From Octopus bimaculoides (Eukaryota), in contig NC_068999.1 of assembly GCF_001194135.2 (NCBI RefSeq), positions 52,953,337 to 53,017,336 on the forward strand: DNA of 64,000 nucleotides. Direction: 5' to 3'. The notes beneath the pieces are model-generated. The model was not told where the DNA came from, did not search any database, and saw nothing but the letters and a program-made list of their open reading frames with translations. The position numbers were made by a program, and so were the translations under genes. The first letter of the stretch is position 1. Each line of letters begins with the position of its first letter. Positions 53,291 through 64,000 of the stretch are shown here, one piece after another.

Positions 53291-53612
53291 CAGTCCAGGA
53301 TCAAGTGTACACTTGGTCCAGGATCAAGTGTACACTTGGTCCATATGCTTTAATTGCCTTTAATATAACCCTTCTTGTGTTAATGTAACCCTACAACCCT
53401 GTTGTTGCCGTGTGTGCTTGGTGGGTATGTATTTGTGAACGTATACGCACATGTACATATATATATATATGTATATGTATATCTTTTTATCTTTCTAATC
53501 TATCTCTCGCTTGCCCTCCCTCTCTCTATATATATGTGTGTGTATGTGATTGTGTGTCTATAAATATATATATATTCATATAAGCACACACATGCATAAA
53601 TACATACGTACG

Positions 53613-53668
<56 letters not shown>

Positions 53669-53867
53669 ATTCCCTTATTCGTCTATCTCTCTCTTTCCAC
53701 TCTCTATCTCACACACTCTTTCTCTTTGTTTATATATCTTCCTGTCTATCTAGCTATCTTTCTGTTTATCTATCTATCTGTCTATCTATCTATCTATTGA
53801 TCGATCCATCTATCTATCTATCTGTCTGTCTATCTTTCTTTCTTCCCATCTAAATATCAACACGCAG

Positions 53868-53925
53868 CCTAGTCTCCTTCATCAAGGACTATTTATACGA
53901 AACGTGATACTTTGATCATATTTTG
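53868..53925 (+). CDS. Candidate stop-containing exon (xLVSFIKDYLYET*)
   Basis: Pyrimidine tract and cacgcag| acceptor, G|gtaaga donor at 53926. Frame C CTA GTC TCC TTC ATC AAG GAC TAT TTA TAC GAA ACG TGA. Link to the other exons is unproven. Confidence 0.3.
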
Positions 53926-56427
53926 GTAAGAGCCCTCTTCACCCCCCCCCCACCCCTCACACTGACTNNNNNNNNNNCTCCCTAAACAACTTGCCCTTTT
54001 GATTGTATCCTAATTTGATAGCTTTTCACTTTGAGGGTCTAATTAGGAAGTAGGTTACAGCCCTGTAATGGCTAAATATTTGTGTGCGAGTGTGTATTTA
54101 TGTGTATACATAAAACACATGTATGTACACAAGAAATTTTATATACGAGTGTATCTATATGAACTTTTGTGTATGTGTGCGTTTATGCATATACATAGAT
54201 ATGTGAGTGTGCATTTATGTATGTGTATATATATGCATATACTCATATCCATATATATGTATATATATTTATACATATTTAAAGATATATATATATATAT
54301 ATATANNNNNNNNNNNNNNNNNNNNNNNNNNNNNNNNNNNNNNNNNNNNNNNNNNNNNNNNNNNNNNNNNNNNNNNNNNNNNNNNNNNNNNNNNNNNNNN
54401 NNNNNNNNNNNNNNNNNNNNNNNNNNNNNNNNNNNNNNNNNNNNNNNNNNNNNNNNNNNNNNNNNNNNNNNNNNNNNNNNNNNNNNNNNNNNNNNNNNNN
54501 NNNNNNNNNNNNNNNNNNNNNNNNNNNNNNNNNNNNNNNNNNNNNNNNNNNNNNNNNNNNNNNNNNNNNNNNNNNNNNNNNNNNNNNNNNNNNNNNNNNN
54601 NNNNNNNNNNNNNNNNNNNNNNNNNNNNNNNNNNNNNNNNNNNNNNNNNNNNNNNNNNNNNNNNNNNNNNNNNNNNNNNNNNNNNNNNNNNNNNNNNNNN
54701 NNNNNNNNNNNNNNNNNNNNNNNNNNNNNNNNNNNNNNNNNNNNNNNNNNNNNNNNNNNNNNNNNNNNNNNNNNNNNNNNNNNNNNNNNNNNNNNNNNNN
54801 NNNNNNNNNNNNNNNNNNNNNNNNNNNNNNNNNNNNNNNNNNNNNNNNNNNNNNNNNNNNNNNNNNNNNNNNNNNNNNNNNNNNNNNNNNNNNNNNNNNN
54901 NNNNNNNNNNNNNNNNNNNNNNNNNNNNNNNNNNNNNNNNNNNNNNNNNNNNNNNNNNNNNNNNNNNNNNNNNNNNNNNNNNNNNNNNNNNNNNNNNNNN
55001 NNNNNNNNNNNNNNNNNNNNNNNNNNNNNNNNNNNNNNNNNNNNNNNNNNNNNNNNNNNNNNNNNNNNNNNNNNNNNNNNNNNNNNNNNNNNNNNNNNNN
55101 NNNNNNNNNNNNNNNNNATATATATATATATATATACACATGTATATGTATACATCTACGCATAAGCGCTCTTGTGTTCACATATATATGTGTATGTATA
55201 TGTGTGTAAACACTCACTTCCGCACATGTGTGTGTGTGTGTGTGTGTGTATAGATAGATAGGTAGATAGATAGATAGTTAGATATAGATATATACTCCAA
55301 CATGCATGTATACTTCTCCCTTCTCCTCGCCTCCTATTAGAGAATATTCTAGGAAAATTGCCGTCCACGTTAATAAGATATAATTTCTGGAAACTTTCAG
55401 CATTGCCTCTGTCCTGAAAATGTCAACAAGATTTGGTGACAATATCTTTAAAACAAAACAAACAATAAAGAATTAATCAAAAAAATAGCCCACCCCCACC
55501 ACCACCACCACATACACATATACAAACAAACAAACAAACAAGCACATACACACATTGACATGCACACAAAGAGAAAGACGATAAAAGAAACAAGAAATAA
55601 AAATGAAATCCAAATAACGAAATGAAAATAAAAGACATGTAATATACATACATACATACATACATACATACATACATACACTCACAGAGACACACACAGA
55701 CACATACACATACAGACATACAAACAGACAGACAAACAAACAGTGGACAGACAGACTATACATTCTATACATACAAACAACACACATACGGCATAGACAA
55801 ACGTCGATTTAGAACCATTTCAGTTGGAAGAGAACAAATGGAAAAGAAAGAAAATAAGAAAATAAAGTGGAAAATAGCTGCTAAATAGTAAAGCTGGTAA
55901 GATCTAAAGTAATTTCGGGATCCGTGTTTCTGGTAAACGAAATTTCGAAAGAATGCGATGCTGAGAACGATCTTTTCGACTGGATTATTTACGATGGCGT
56001 GTGTGGGGTTGACAGAAATTTCAGACCTCATTTATTGTATATGTCAGACTTGTTCACACATTTTCATATTTGATTTGTACCATAACTTAGCGGCTTATTG
56101 GGAACAATTTTCCAGTCATGTATACCGCAACGGGGAGTGGTCGCTTTAGTGTGAGGCTAAACAAAGAAAAGGGTTGGGCGGATGGGCATTAACGAAGATG
56201 ATGTGCTTGTTAATAACAGACCCATAACCTTTAAACGTTGAAGACATTTTTCTAGTCTTTTTTTTTCTTTCTTTACGGTTGTTACGAATACCGTTGATGT
56301 TTTGCCTAAACTAGGATGGCTGTTTTTTAGAACTTTTCAGGACGACATAATTTCCATGTAATCGCTATATAACGCTGAATAGAAGACAGAGGAAATTTAG
56401 TGTTAAAAGGGTTCCGATCAATGTAAA

Positions 56428-56769
56428 AAGAGTAAAGATCCCTTTCATTCATGAATGACCATGTGATTGCGCCTAGAAAGTTACCCTCCGAGGCACAACT
56501 CAGGGCAAGGTTGTTTATGGAAGACCAGCAGTCACCCATGCATACCAGCCTCCCCTCTCCACGCCACTGATGTTATTCAAGGGAAAGGCAAAGGGGCCGA
56601 TACAGCTTGGCACCAGTGACGTCACAACTCATTTCTACAGCTGAGTGAATTGGAGCAACGTGAAACAGTGTCTTGCTCAAGAACGCAACTCACAGTCCAG
56701 TTTGGGAATCGAACTCACTACTCCATGATTGTGAGCCCGACGCTGTAACCACTCACCCATGCGCCTTCT
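56428..56769 (-). mobile_element. SINE family C, full length, with a 12-bp target-site duplication
   Basis: TSD GATCAATGTAAA at 56416-56427 and 56770-56781. The - strand head is GAAGGCGCATGGGTGAGTGGTTACAGCG..GAGTTCGATTCCC, and the element ends in GGATCTTTACTCTT. Confidence 0.9.
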
Positions 56770-56864
56770 GATCAATGTAAATCATTTGATATGAAATGAC
56801 ACACATAAGAAATGACACTGCCGACCATTAACCTCTCTTCATTTTTGAAGTGGTGGAATTAATC

Positions 56865-57930
56865 CAATGTGTACCTAAGTAGAAAAGCAAATAAATAAAT
56901 TTGTTTTCTGTTGTGAACATATTTGTATCTGAACTAGAGGCTTTTTGATATACAGAATCCGAAAATAACATCCCTTTATTACCATCTCGTCAAGATTTTA
57001 AGATACTGAACCCATAAAATTTCTTGTTTTTGTCCCCCAGTAAAATAGCTTATGAGGAAGAAGGCATAACATACAAACATACACAGAAATTGATTTTTTT
57101 TTTTTTCATAACCAGAATGTTTTCTTCAATTACTATTGCAAACAGCAGTCGCTTTCTTCAACTGAATGCACGTCGCTGATTGGTTGAAATTATCCAAATA
57201 CGATAACTTTAACACGAAATAAGTTCTAAAATACCAAATTTTGACAAAAATGTTCAAAGTAAACTGTGCTCTGCATGAGAGATTACACCAGTATACGAAG
57301 TTTCAAACTGTCTAGTTAAAAAAAAGTTAATTAAAAAATCTGTGAGCCAAATTTAGCAGATCCCAAACCAAGTTGCTGCAATAATCCGCTATCATATGCA
57401 CGTCACATCTGCTTTGATACTTTTGTTCAATTGATTTTATGTCCAGATGGAAACGTTTTCACTGCTCGTCGCATGTATCAACAAAATTTTCAAGGAATTT
57501 ATCAAGGTGATTGCGCAGAGATAGTGCAGCTCATATTTGCTGCCAACTTTTGAAAGTTCTTCCGCATGTTGTGGACTATTTCGGCATTCTTGACTACTTT
57601 CTTGTTTCTCGAGAACTCATTTACAACTATCACAAATGAATTCTATGCTGCTGCTTGAATGTAATTACTTCAATTTTCTGAGTTAAGGTCCTTCAAACAT
57701 TCCAGCTTTTATCTTTTCACTTCTCAGACCGGAAAATGTGCTGCAGTTATAGTGAAAACATGGTCCATCATTATTCAGAGCTTTAACAAACTGCTTCATA
57801 ATGCCAAGTTTGGTACGGAGTGGAAGTAGAATGGTTTTTCCCGGTTGAACCAAAGACTTTTCAATCACAATAAAAGACCCTGAAACTAATACTCGCCGCA
57901 CCCAATTTTTTTCGCCTGGGACCGTAATCT
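56865..57930 (-). mobile_element. Chapaev3-like (CMC superfamily) DNA transposon remnant: transposase C-terminal half plus 3' end
   Basis: TILLPLRTKLGIMKQFVKALNNDGPCFHY..EKIKAGMFEGP*LRKL / AAA*NSFVIVV..KLAANMS / LRNHLDKFLENF..DEQ*KRFHLDIKSIEQKYQSRCDVHMIADYC. This matches the remembered motif string LPPLHIKLGLMKQFVKAL..GIFDGPQIR..MS..HLD.FPEN..EQGERFHQDI..MMADYCW. Superfamily name is from memory. Confidence 0.8.
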
Positions 57931-58040
57931 TCCATGATGTTTGAACGCTTTTCCGTTGGACGTCTTCACCCTATTGGGGGATTGCAATGGTGGTGGTGGT
58001 GGTGGTGGTAGTGGTATACATCAAGTGTTTGAGATAAATC

Positions 58041-58080
<40 letters not shown>

Positions 58081-58237
58081 NNNNNNNNNNNNNNNNNNNN
58101 NNNNNNNNNNNNNNNNNNNNNNNNNNNNNNNNNNNNNNNNNNNNNNNNNNNNNNNNNNNNNNNNNNNNNNNNNNNNNNNNNNNNNNNNNNNGAGAGAGAG
58201 GGAGAGAGAGAGAGAGAGGGAGAGAGAGGGAGAGAGG

Positions 58238-58279
<42 letters not shown>

Positions 58280-58565
58280 TGGACAAGACTTTCCAACGTT
58301 TTGAAAAACAAACGAAATCATTTACAAAATATGCCAACACGAAAACAACAAAAACAACAACAAAAGGAAAATTCCATTCAAATTCGTGAATTTTAAGATT
58401 ATGAACTTTTAGTTCTCGACCTTTTTATATCCTGGTTGTTAAAACTTCCAAACGGAGAGAATTTGTGCTATAGTGATATGGACACTTCTCTTTCTTTTTC
58501 TAATGTAGAAACGACATTCGAATACAACCTCACAAGAGTATCCAGTTTCTTTTATGACACGCCGC

Positions 58566-58634
<69 letters not shown>

Positions 58635-58915
58635 CATACATACATATATTTGTGAGTAAAAGCTTCGAAGAACAGCTGCTAAAGCTAGATACAGATTACG
58701 AAATTACAATAGGGGCCTCTGGGAACCCTGTATTATTAACTAAGTTTTGTGGATGTAACTGACACGAAATATTTGCAGCAAGGAAGCAGAAGACATTACG
58801 ATATTTGTCTTTGTAAAAGAGAAAATTGACGTTTTTTTTCATTAAGGTGACAATTACGCGCGCACACGCACATATATATGCATATAGAATATATATGTAT
58901 ATAGGATATACATAC

Positions 58916-58958
<43 letters not shown>

Positions 58959-58977
58959 ATATATATGTATGTATATG

Positions 58978-59017
<40 letters not shown>

Positions 59018-59264
59018 CATACACAAGCAAACTGACACACAGATACACACACATGTATATAGGCATATATGTATCTTCATCTTTCGCTCTGTCTATTTTC
59101 CTTTCTGCATGTTTCATTCTCTCGTTGTCTAAGAATCAACTGCGCTGAGCTTTGGGGAATTGCTTGAGGGACCACTCTCAGAATCACTAGAATCATCAGA
59201 ATTCCTTTTTCCTCTGCGTGTGTGTGTGTGGGGGGGGGAGGTGAAGTGAAATGAAGGCTCATCA

Positions 59265-59470
59265 CTAAGTGGTTAGAGTATTCAGCTCGAGTTCGTAAGG
59301 CCGCAATTTCGATTCCGTTTCCGATTCCGATTCCTGACGTCCATGATGTCCTTGAGCAAGTCACTTTATTTCATGTTACTCCAGTCTACTCAACTGGCAA
59401 CAATAAACAGAACCTGTATTTTAAATGACTAGCATTGTCATATTCTGTGTCACGAGTACCGACGGAGTAC
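59265..59470 (+). mobile_element. Diverged tRNA-derived SINE (family C/D-like) with internal deletions
   Basis: AAGTGGTTAGAGTATTCAGCTC..TTTCGATTCC(x3)..CCTTGAGCAAGTCACTTTATTTCATG. Confidence 0.55.
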
Positions 59471-59916
59471 CACCGTGTGTGTGTGTGTGTGTGTGTGTTA
59501 GGCGCACGCGCTTATATGCATGTGTGTCTACACAATAGTTACGTATACACACACATACAATCATACAACATATAAAATATCCATGATGCTAACCACCCAT
59601 CAGCCACCTGCCATGATTAATCGTTGGTGGCATAAACACAGGACCTAGCATTTATTGTATAGCAGCATCCTGTGAAATCCCTTCCCGAGGAAACTATAGA
59701 AACAAGGCCACCACCAACAACAACAATGTCAACCACAACAACAACAACAACAACAACAACAGCAAAAACATCAACAGCGACAAGACACCAGGTTTGGGTA
59801 TTTTTTGTGTAAAGACTACATCTTTCGAAAACAAAAGATCATTTGTTTTAATACATCTCGAAATGTCACCCCACATCACGGTCTGAGCTGAGGGTGGAGC
59901 ACACACACACGGGTGC

Positions 59917-59989
<73 letters not shown>

Positions 59990-60139
59990 NNNNNNNNNNN
60001 NNNNNNNNNNNNNNNNNNNNNNNNNNNNNNNNNNNNNNNNNNNNNNNNNNNNNNNNNNNNNNNNNNNNNNNNNTATATATATGTATATATTTATATATAT
60101 ATACTTACTTGGAAATAGATGCGTGGCGTTCAATTAAAT

Positions 60140-60212
<73 letters not shown>

Positions 60213-60234
60213 ATATATATACGTATTTCCTTAT

Positions 60235-60385
60235 TGCCCACAGCGGTCTAAACATAGTGGGGACTAACAAGGGCAGACAAAGGGATTCGACCTCGGTGGA
60301 ATTTGAACTCAGAACGTAAGGGTAGACGAAATATCGTTAAGCATTTCGCCCGACGTGCTAACGATTTGGCCAGCACGCCGCATAT
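60235..60385 (-). mobile_element. SINE family B head joined to a different 3' sequence
   Basis: The head 60295-60385 matches family B. The adjoining TTATTGCCCACAGCGGTCTAAACATAGTGGGGACTAACAAGGGCAGAC does not match the tail of the other copies. Confidence 0.7.
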
Positions 60386-60847
60386 ATGGGTATAGGACGT
60401 CACCAACGGTGCAAATAGCATGAAGTACGTAATCAACGAGAGAAAAATAGAAAACAGGAAAAGTGAACACAGAGAAAGGACAGTTGTCAGGTGTTTATCT
60501 ACTCCTCATTTCGAGCATTCGACCTTAATATGAGTCTTCAAAGATAGTTATTCCCATAAATTCTAAAATAAAATTCAGGATTTATGGAGGGTCAAAGTTG
60601 GGAACAAAAAAATGACAGTGGAGAATACAAGGAAACGAAAATAAACATGGAGGGTCGCTAGACCAGAACGAGAGGAAAATAGTGAACGCTAGGAGAAATA
60701 TCTGCTTGAATAGAGAAAAGATAGGAGAGAAAATCGCGACCGTTCGTTTAAACGTCCGTGCAGGAAAAGAAAGATGGTGACATGAGGAAAAAAAGATGGA
60801 CGATGGTCACCACATGTATTGTCGTCGTCGTCGTCATCATCATCATC

Positions 60848-60879
<32 letters not shown>

Positions 60880-62198
60880 CATCATCATCACCATCCTCAT
60901 CGTCATAAAGATCATCAACACCCTCATCCCCATAAACGCCATCATCATCATGGCCATGATCTTCGTCAACGCAAGCTTCATTGTCGTCGTCGTCGTCGTC
61001 ATCATCATTCCCATCCTCACCATTCCATCCTCAGCATCACCCTTGGCTTTCTCAGCCACTATTAAACATGGGTGGTCTTTGCATTTGCGCAATTGTACTT
61101 CGTAGTGAATGTCACGTGATCCGTTCATATTCACATACACTTATGAAAGTCATGTTTCAGCCTTCCCTCTGTCTGTATTTTGTTCACACTCTCTCGCTCT
61201 TCCTATATTTATGCGTGTGTGTGTGTGTGTGTGTGTGTGTATGCGCGTGTGTGTGTGTGTGTGTGTGCGTGTGTGTGCTGTATCTACATATGTGTTTTCA
61301 TGTACACACACATATTTGCTTAATATTTTATATATTTGTACTTACATATGTGTTTGTATANNNNNNNNNNNNNNNNNNNNNNNNNNNNNNNNNNNNNNNN
61401 NNNNNNNNNNNNNNNNNNNNNNNNNNNNNNNNNNNNNNNNNNNNNNNNNNNNNNNNNNNNNNNNNNNNNNNNNNNNNNNNNNNNNNNNNNNNNNNNNNNN
61501 NNNNNNNNNNNNNNNNNNNNNNNNNNNNNNNNNNNNNNNNNNNNNNNNNNNNNNNNNNNNNNNNNNNNNNNNNNNNNNNNNNNNNNNNNNNNNNNNNNNN
61601 NNNNNNNNNNNNNNNNNNNNNNNNNNNNNNNNNNNNNNNNNNNNNNNNNNNNNNNNNNNNNNNNNNNNNNNNNNNNNNNNNNNNNNNNNNNNNNNNNNNN
61701 NNNNNNNNNNNNNNNNNNNNNNNNNNNNNNNNNNNNNNNNNNNNNNNNNNNNNNNNNNNNNNNNNNNNNNNNNNNNNNNNNNNNNNNNNNNNNNNNNNNN
61801 NNNNNNNNNNNNNNNNNNNNNNNNNNNNNNNNNNNNNNNNNNNNNNNNNNNNNNNNNNNNNNNNNNNNNNNNNNNNNNNNNCTCTCTTTGTCTTTCTCAT
61901 TGTCTCTCTCATACTCGCTTTCTCTTTTTCCCTTTCTGCTACTTCACTCCGTACCATTCCCACGTTGTAGTCTGTCTCTCCCCACACACACACCACCACC
62001 ACCACCACCACCACCACTGTTCCTGCATAATGTTCCTCAGTGTATACTTTGTCAGGCGGTCTGTTTTTCCTGGTGCCACATCCTTTCCATAAACAGTAGA
62101 AAAATGGTGACAGTTGACATTACGTCTCAAAATCGTCTTGTGTTTTAGATCAGATAAAAGGATTTTTCTGCTTGTTGTTCCTGTTGCTGTAGCTGTTA

Positions 62199-62230
<32 letters not shown>

Positions 62231-63734
62231 GTTGTTGCGGCTGTGGTAGTTATTTGGTGGTGGGAGGGGGGTTTCCGTGAAAAGTTTTGAATATATATAT
62301 AAATATATATATAAATTTTGTTTAAAATGTTTGTTGATTTATTTATTGAGACATGCCATCCATATAACAGCTGAAATAGAAGTATGAGCGGAGTGTGTGT
62401 ATGTGTGTGTGTGTGTGTGTGTGNNNNNNNNNNNNNNNNNNNNNNNNNNNNNNNNNNNNNNNNNNNNNNNNNNNNNNNNNNNNNNNNNNNNNNNNNNNNN
62501 NNNNNNNNNNNNNNNNNNNNNNNNNNNNNNNNNNNNNNNNNNNNNNNNNNNNNNNNNNNNNNNNNNNNNNNNNNNNNNNNNNNNNNNNNNNNNNNNNNNN
62601 NNNNNNNNNNNNNNNNNNNNNNNNNNNNNNNNNNNNNNNNNNNNNNNNNNNNNNNNNNNNNNNNNNNNNNNNNNNNNNNNNNNNNNNNNNNNNNNNNNNN
62701 NNNNNNNNNNNNNNNNNNNNNNNNNNNNNNNNNNNNNNNNNNNNNNNNNNNNNNNNNNNNNNNTATATATATACACTCACACACATATATATGCATATGA
62801 ACACGTGTTAGTGTAGTTACCAGTGTTTATTTATGCACAGCGATTGATATGTGGAATGACCATGTGTTAAGTTATATGCATGTGTGTATGTATATATATA
62901 TTAATATGCACAAACACACACCCCTCATACACACATACACGCACACATACACGCACATTCCCATTCTCGGTTAATTACTCTTATTATTAAATGTCAACAT
63001 TTTCACGAGAAAAATTCTTGTTTATATTTATTCAAATTTCTAAATCTCTTAACCACTTGTTAAATTCTTGTTTCCAATTTTATTAGAAGGATCGTAGATT
63101 ATGCGCGCTGCGTTATTAGGGAACAATAATGTTCTTGTTTAGTATATGAAAGTACGGCATCGCTACAGAAAAACGCCCAGATGACTTACAATGCGGTAAA
63201 TCTGACAATGTAGCAAAAATGTAAGAGGTAGCACTCGAAGAAACAGACACATACGCATACACAGATGCCTATAGATACATATGCCTATATCAAGTATTGA
63301 GATCCAATCGAACGTGATAGAAAAAGTTGATTAGCCTATAGCATATGCAGGCTTGTATAGGAAACAGGAAAGAAACGATAATTATCTTTATTGGTTGATT
63401 ATAATCAATCAATAGAATTTATTAAACCATATATCAGTTACACTTTGTCTTGTATCAAAGTTATATCGTAATTGTGATAAGGTGACATATGCTATACAAC
63501 TTCCTTTACGAACGCAGCTTACGTTGCTTTAATATGCGATAATTAAACGAGAAAATGAAAGGAATGGAAGATATAGTTATGCACTACATGTGTTTCAAAA
63601 ATGTATGAAATCTGTATTATGTGACAGGAACATAATTTTAGCATAGACCTTCTCTTCAGGTGCATCTGCTTAGCGAAATTATTTGTCGCTATGAATCATG
63701 AGAAAAATATATACACGCATTCATGTGTGTGCGT

Positions 63735-63775
63735 GTGAACAAGGTATCTTATGTGTGTGTGTGGACAAGATATCT

Positions 63776-63812
<37 letters not shown>

Positions 63813-63905
63813 ACAAGATATCTCATGTGTGTATGTGTGGACAAGATATCTCAAGAACCGCCGAATGGATTCGGATGAAACTTTCAGGGATATTTGGCCT
63901 CGTGT
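63735..63905 (+). mobile_element. DINE-1/Helentron-like non-autonomous element fragment with a tandemly repeated block and (GT)n
   Basis: GGACAAGATATCTCA three times (plus one degenerate copy) separated by (GT)n, then AGAACCGCCGAATGGATTCGGATGAAACTTTCAGG, which resembles the 'AAGAAC.GCT..AC.GATT..GATGAAA.TT' core of DINE-1/Lep1-type elements (from memory). Confidence 0.5.
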
Positions 63906-64000
63906 GTGTTTGTGTGTGAGTTTGTGTTTGTGTATGTGTTTGCATGAGTGTGTGTATGCATATATATGTATATAAGAGTGTATGTATATATATATATATA

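Noticed and set aside
53298-53331. U2 snRNA match (GATCAAGTGTA) suggesting U2-targeted Tx1 (Keno-type) insertion
   Set aside because: Only 11 nt. It is the U2 segment that should lie 5' of such an insertion, yet it lies 3' of the fragment. Likely chance.

Overview
AT-rich, non-bacterial (metazoan) genomic DNA. It is dominated by di-, tri- and tetranucleotide microsatellites, with about 22 N-gaps (~7 kb in total) that mostly sit inside (TA)n/(CA)n tracts. The SINE families and repeat density suggest a coleoid cephalopod, probably an Octopus draft assembly; this is inference, not verified. Almost all listed ORFs are microsatellite or N-gap artefacts. Real content: (1) a few small + strand candidate exons of one unidentified gene with very long introns (best 13330-13434 and 22064-22153, both phase 1-1 and joining in frame); (2) many copies of four tRNA-derived SINE families, labelled A-D here; (3) fossils of DNA transposons (Chapaev3-like, pogo/Tigger plus a MITE, MULE-like) and of retroelements (Penelope GIY-YIG, L1/Tx1, RTE, R4/Dong-like); (4) a ~540-bp non-coding element embedded in (AAT)n repeats; (5) a diverged ~145-bp tandem repeat. 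The most striking item is a 137-bp palindrome at 50982-51118. Its + strand folds into an apparently intact type I hammerhead ribozyme (51047-51093), and a diverged mirror copy lies on the - strand. A second, degenerate hammerhead core sits in a Penelope-type terminal fragment at 45531-45558. No rRNA, genuine tRNA or CRISPR was found.
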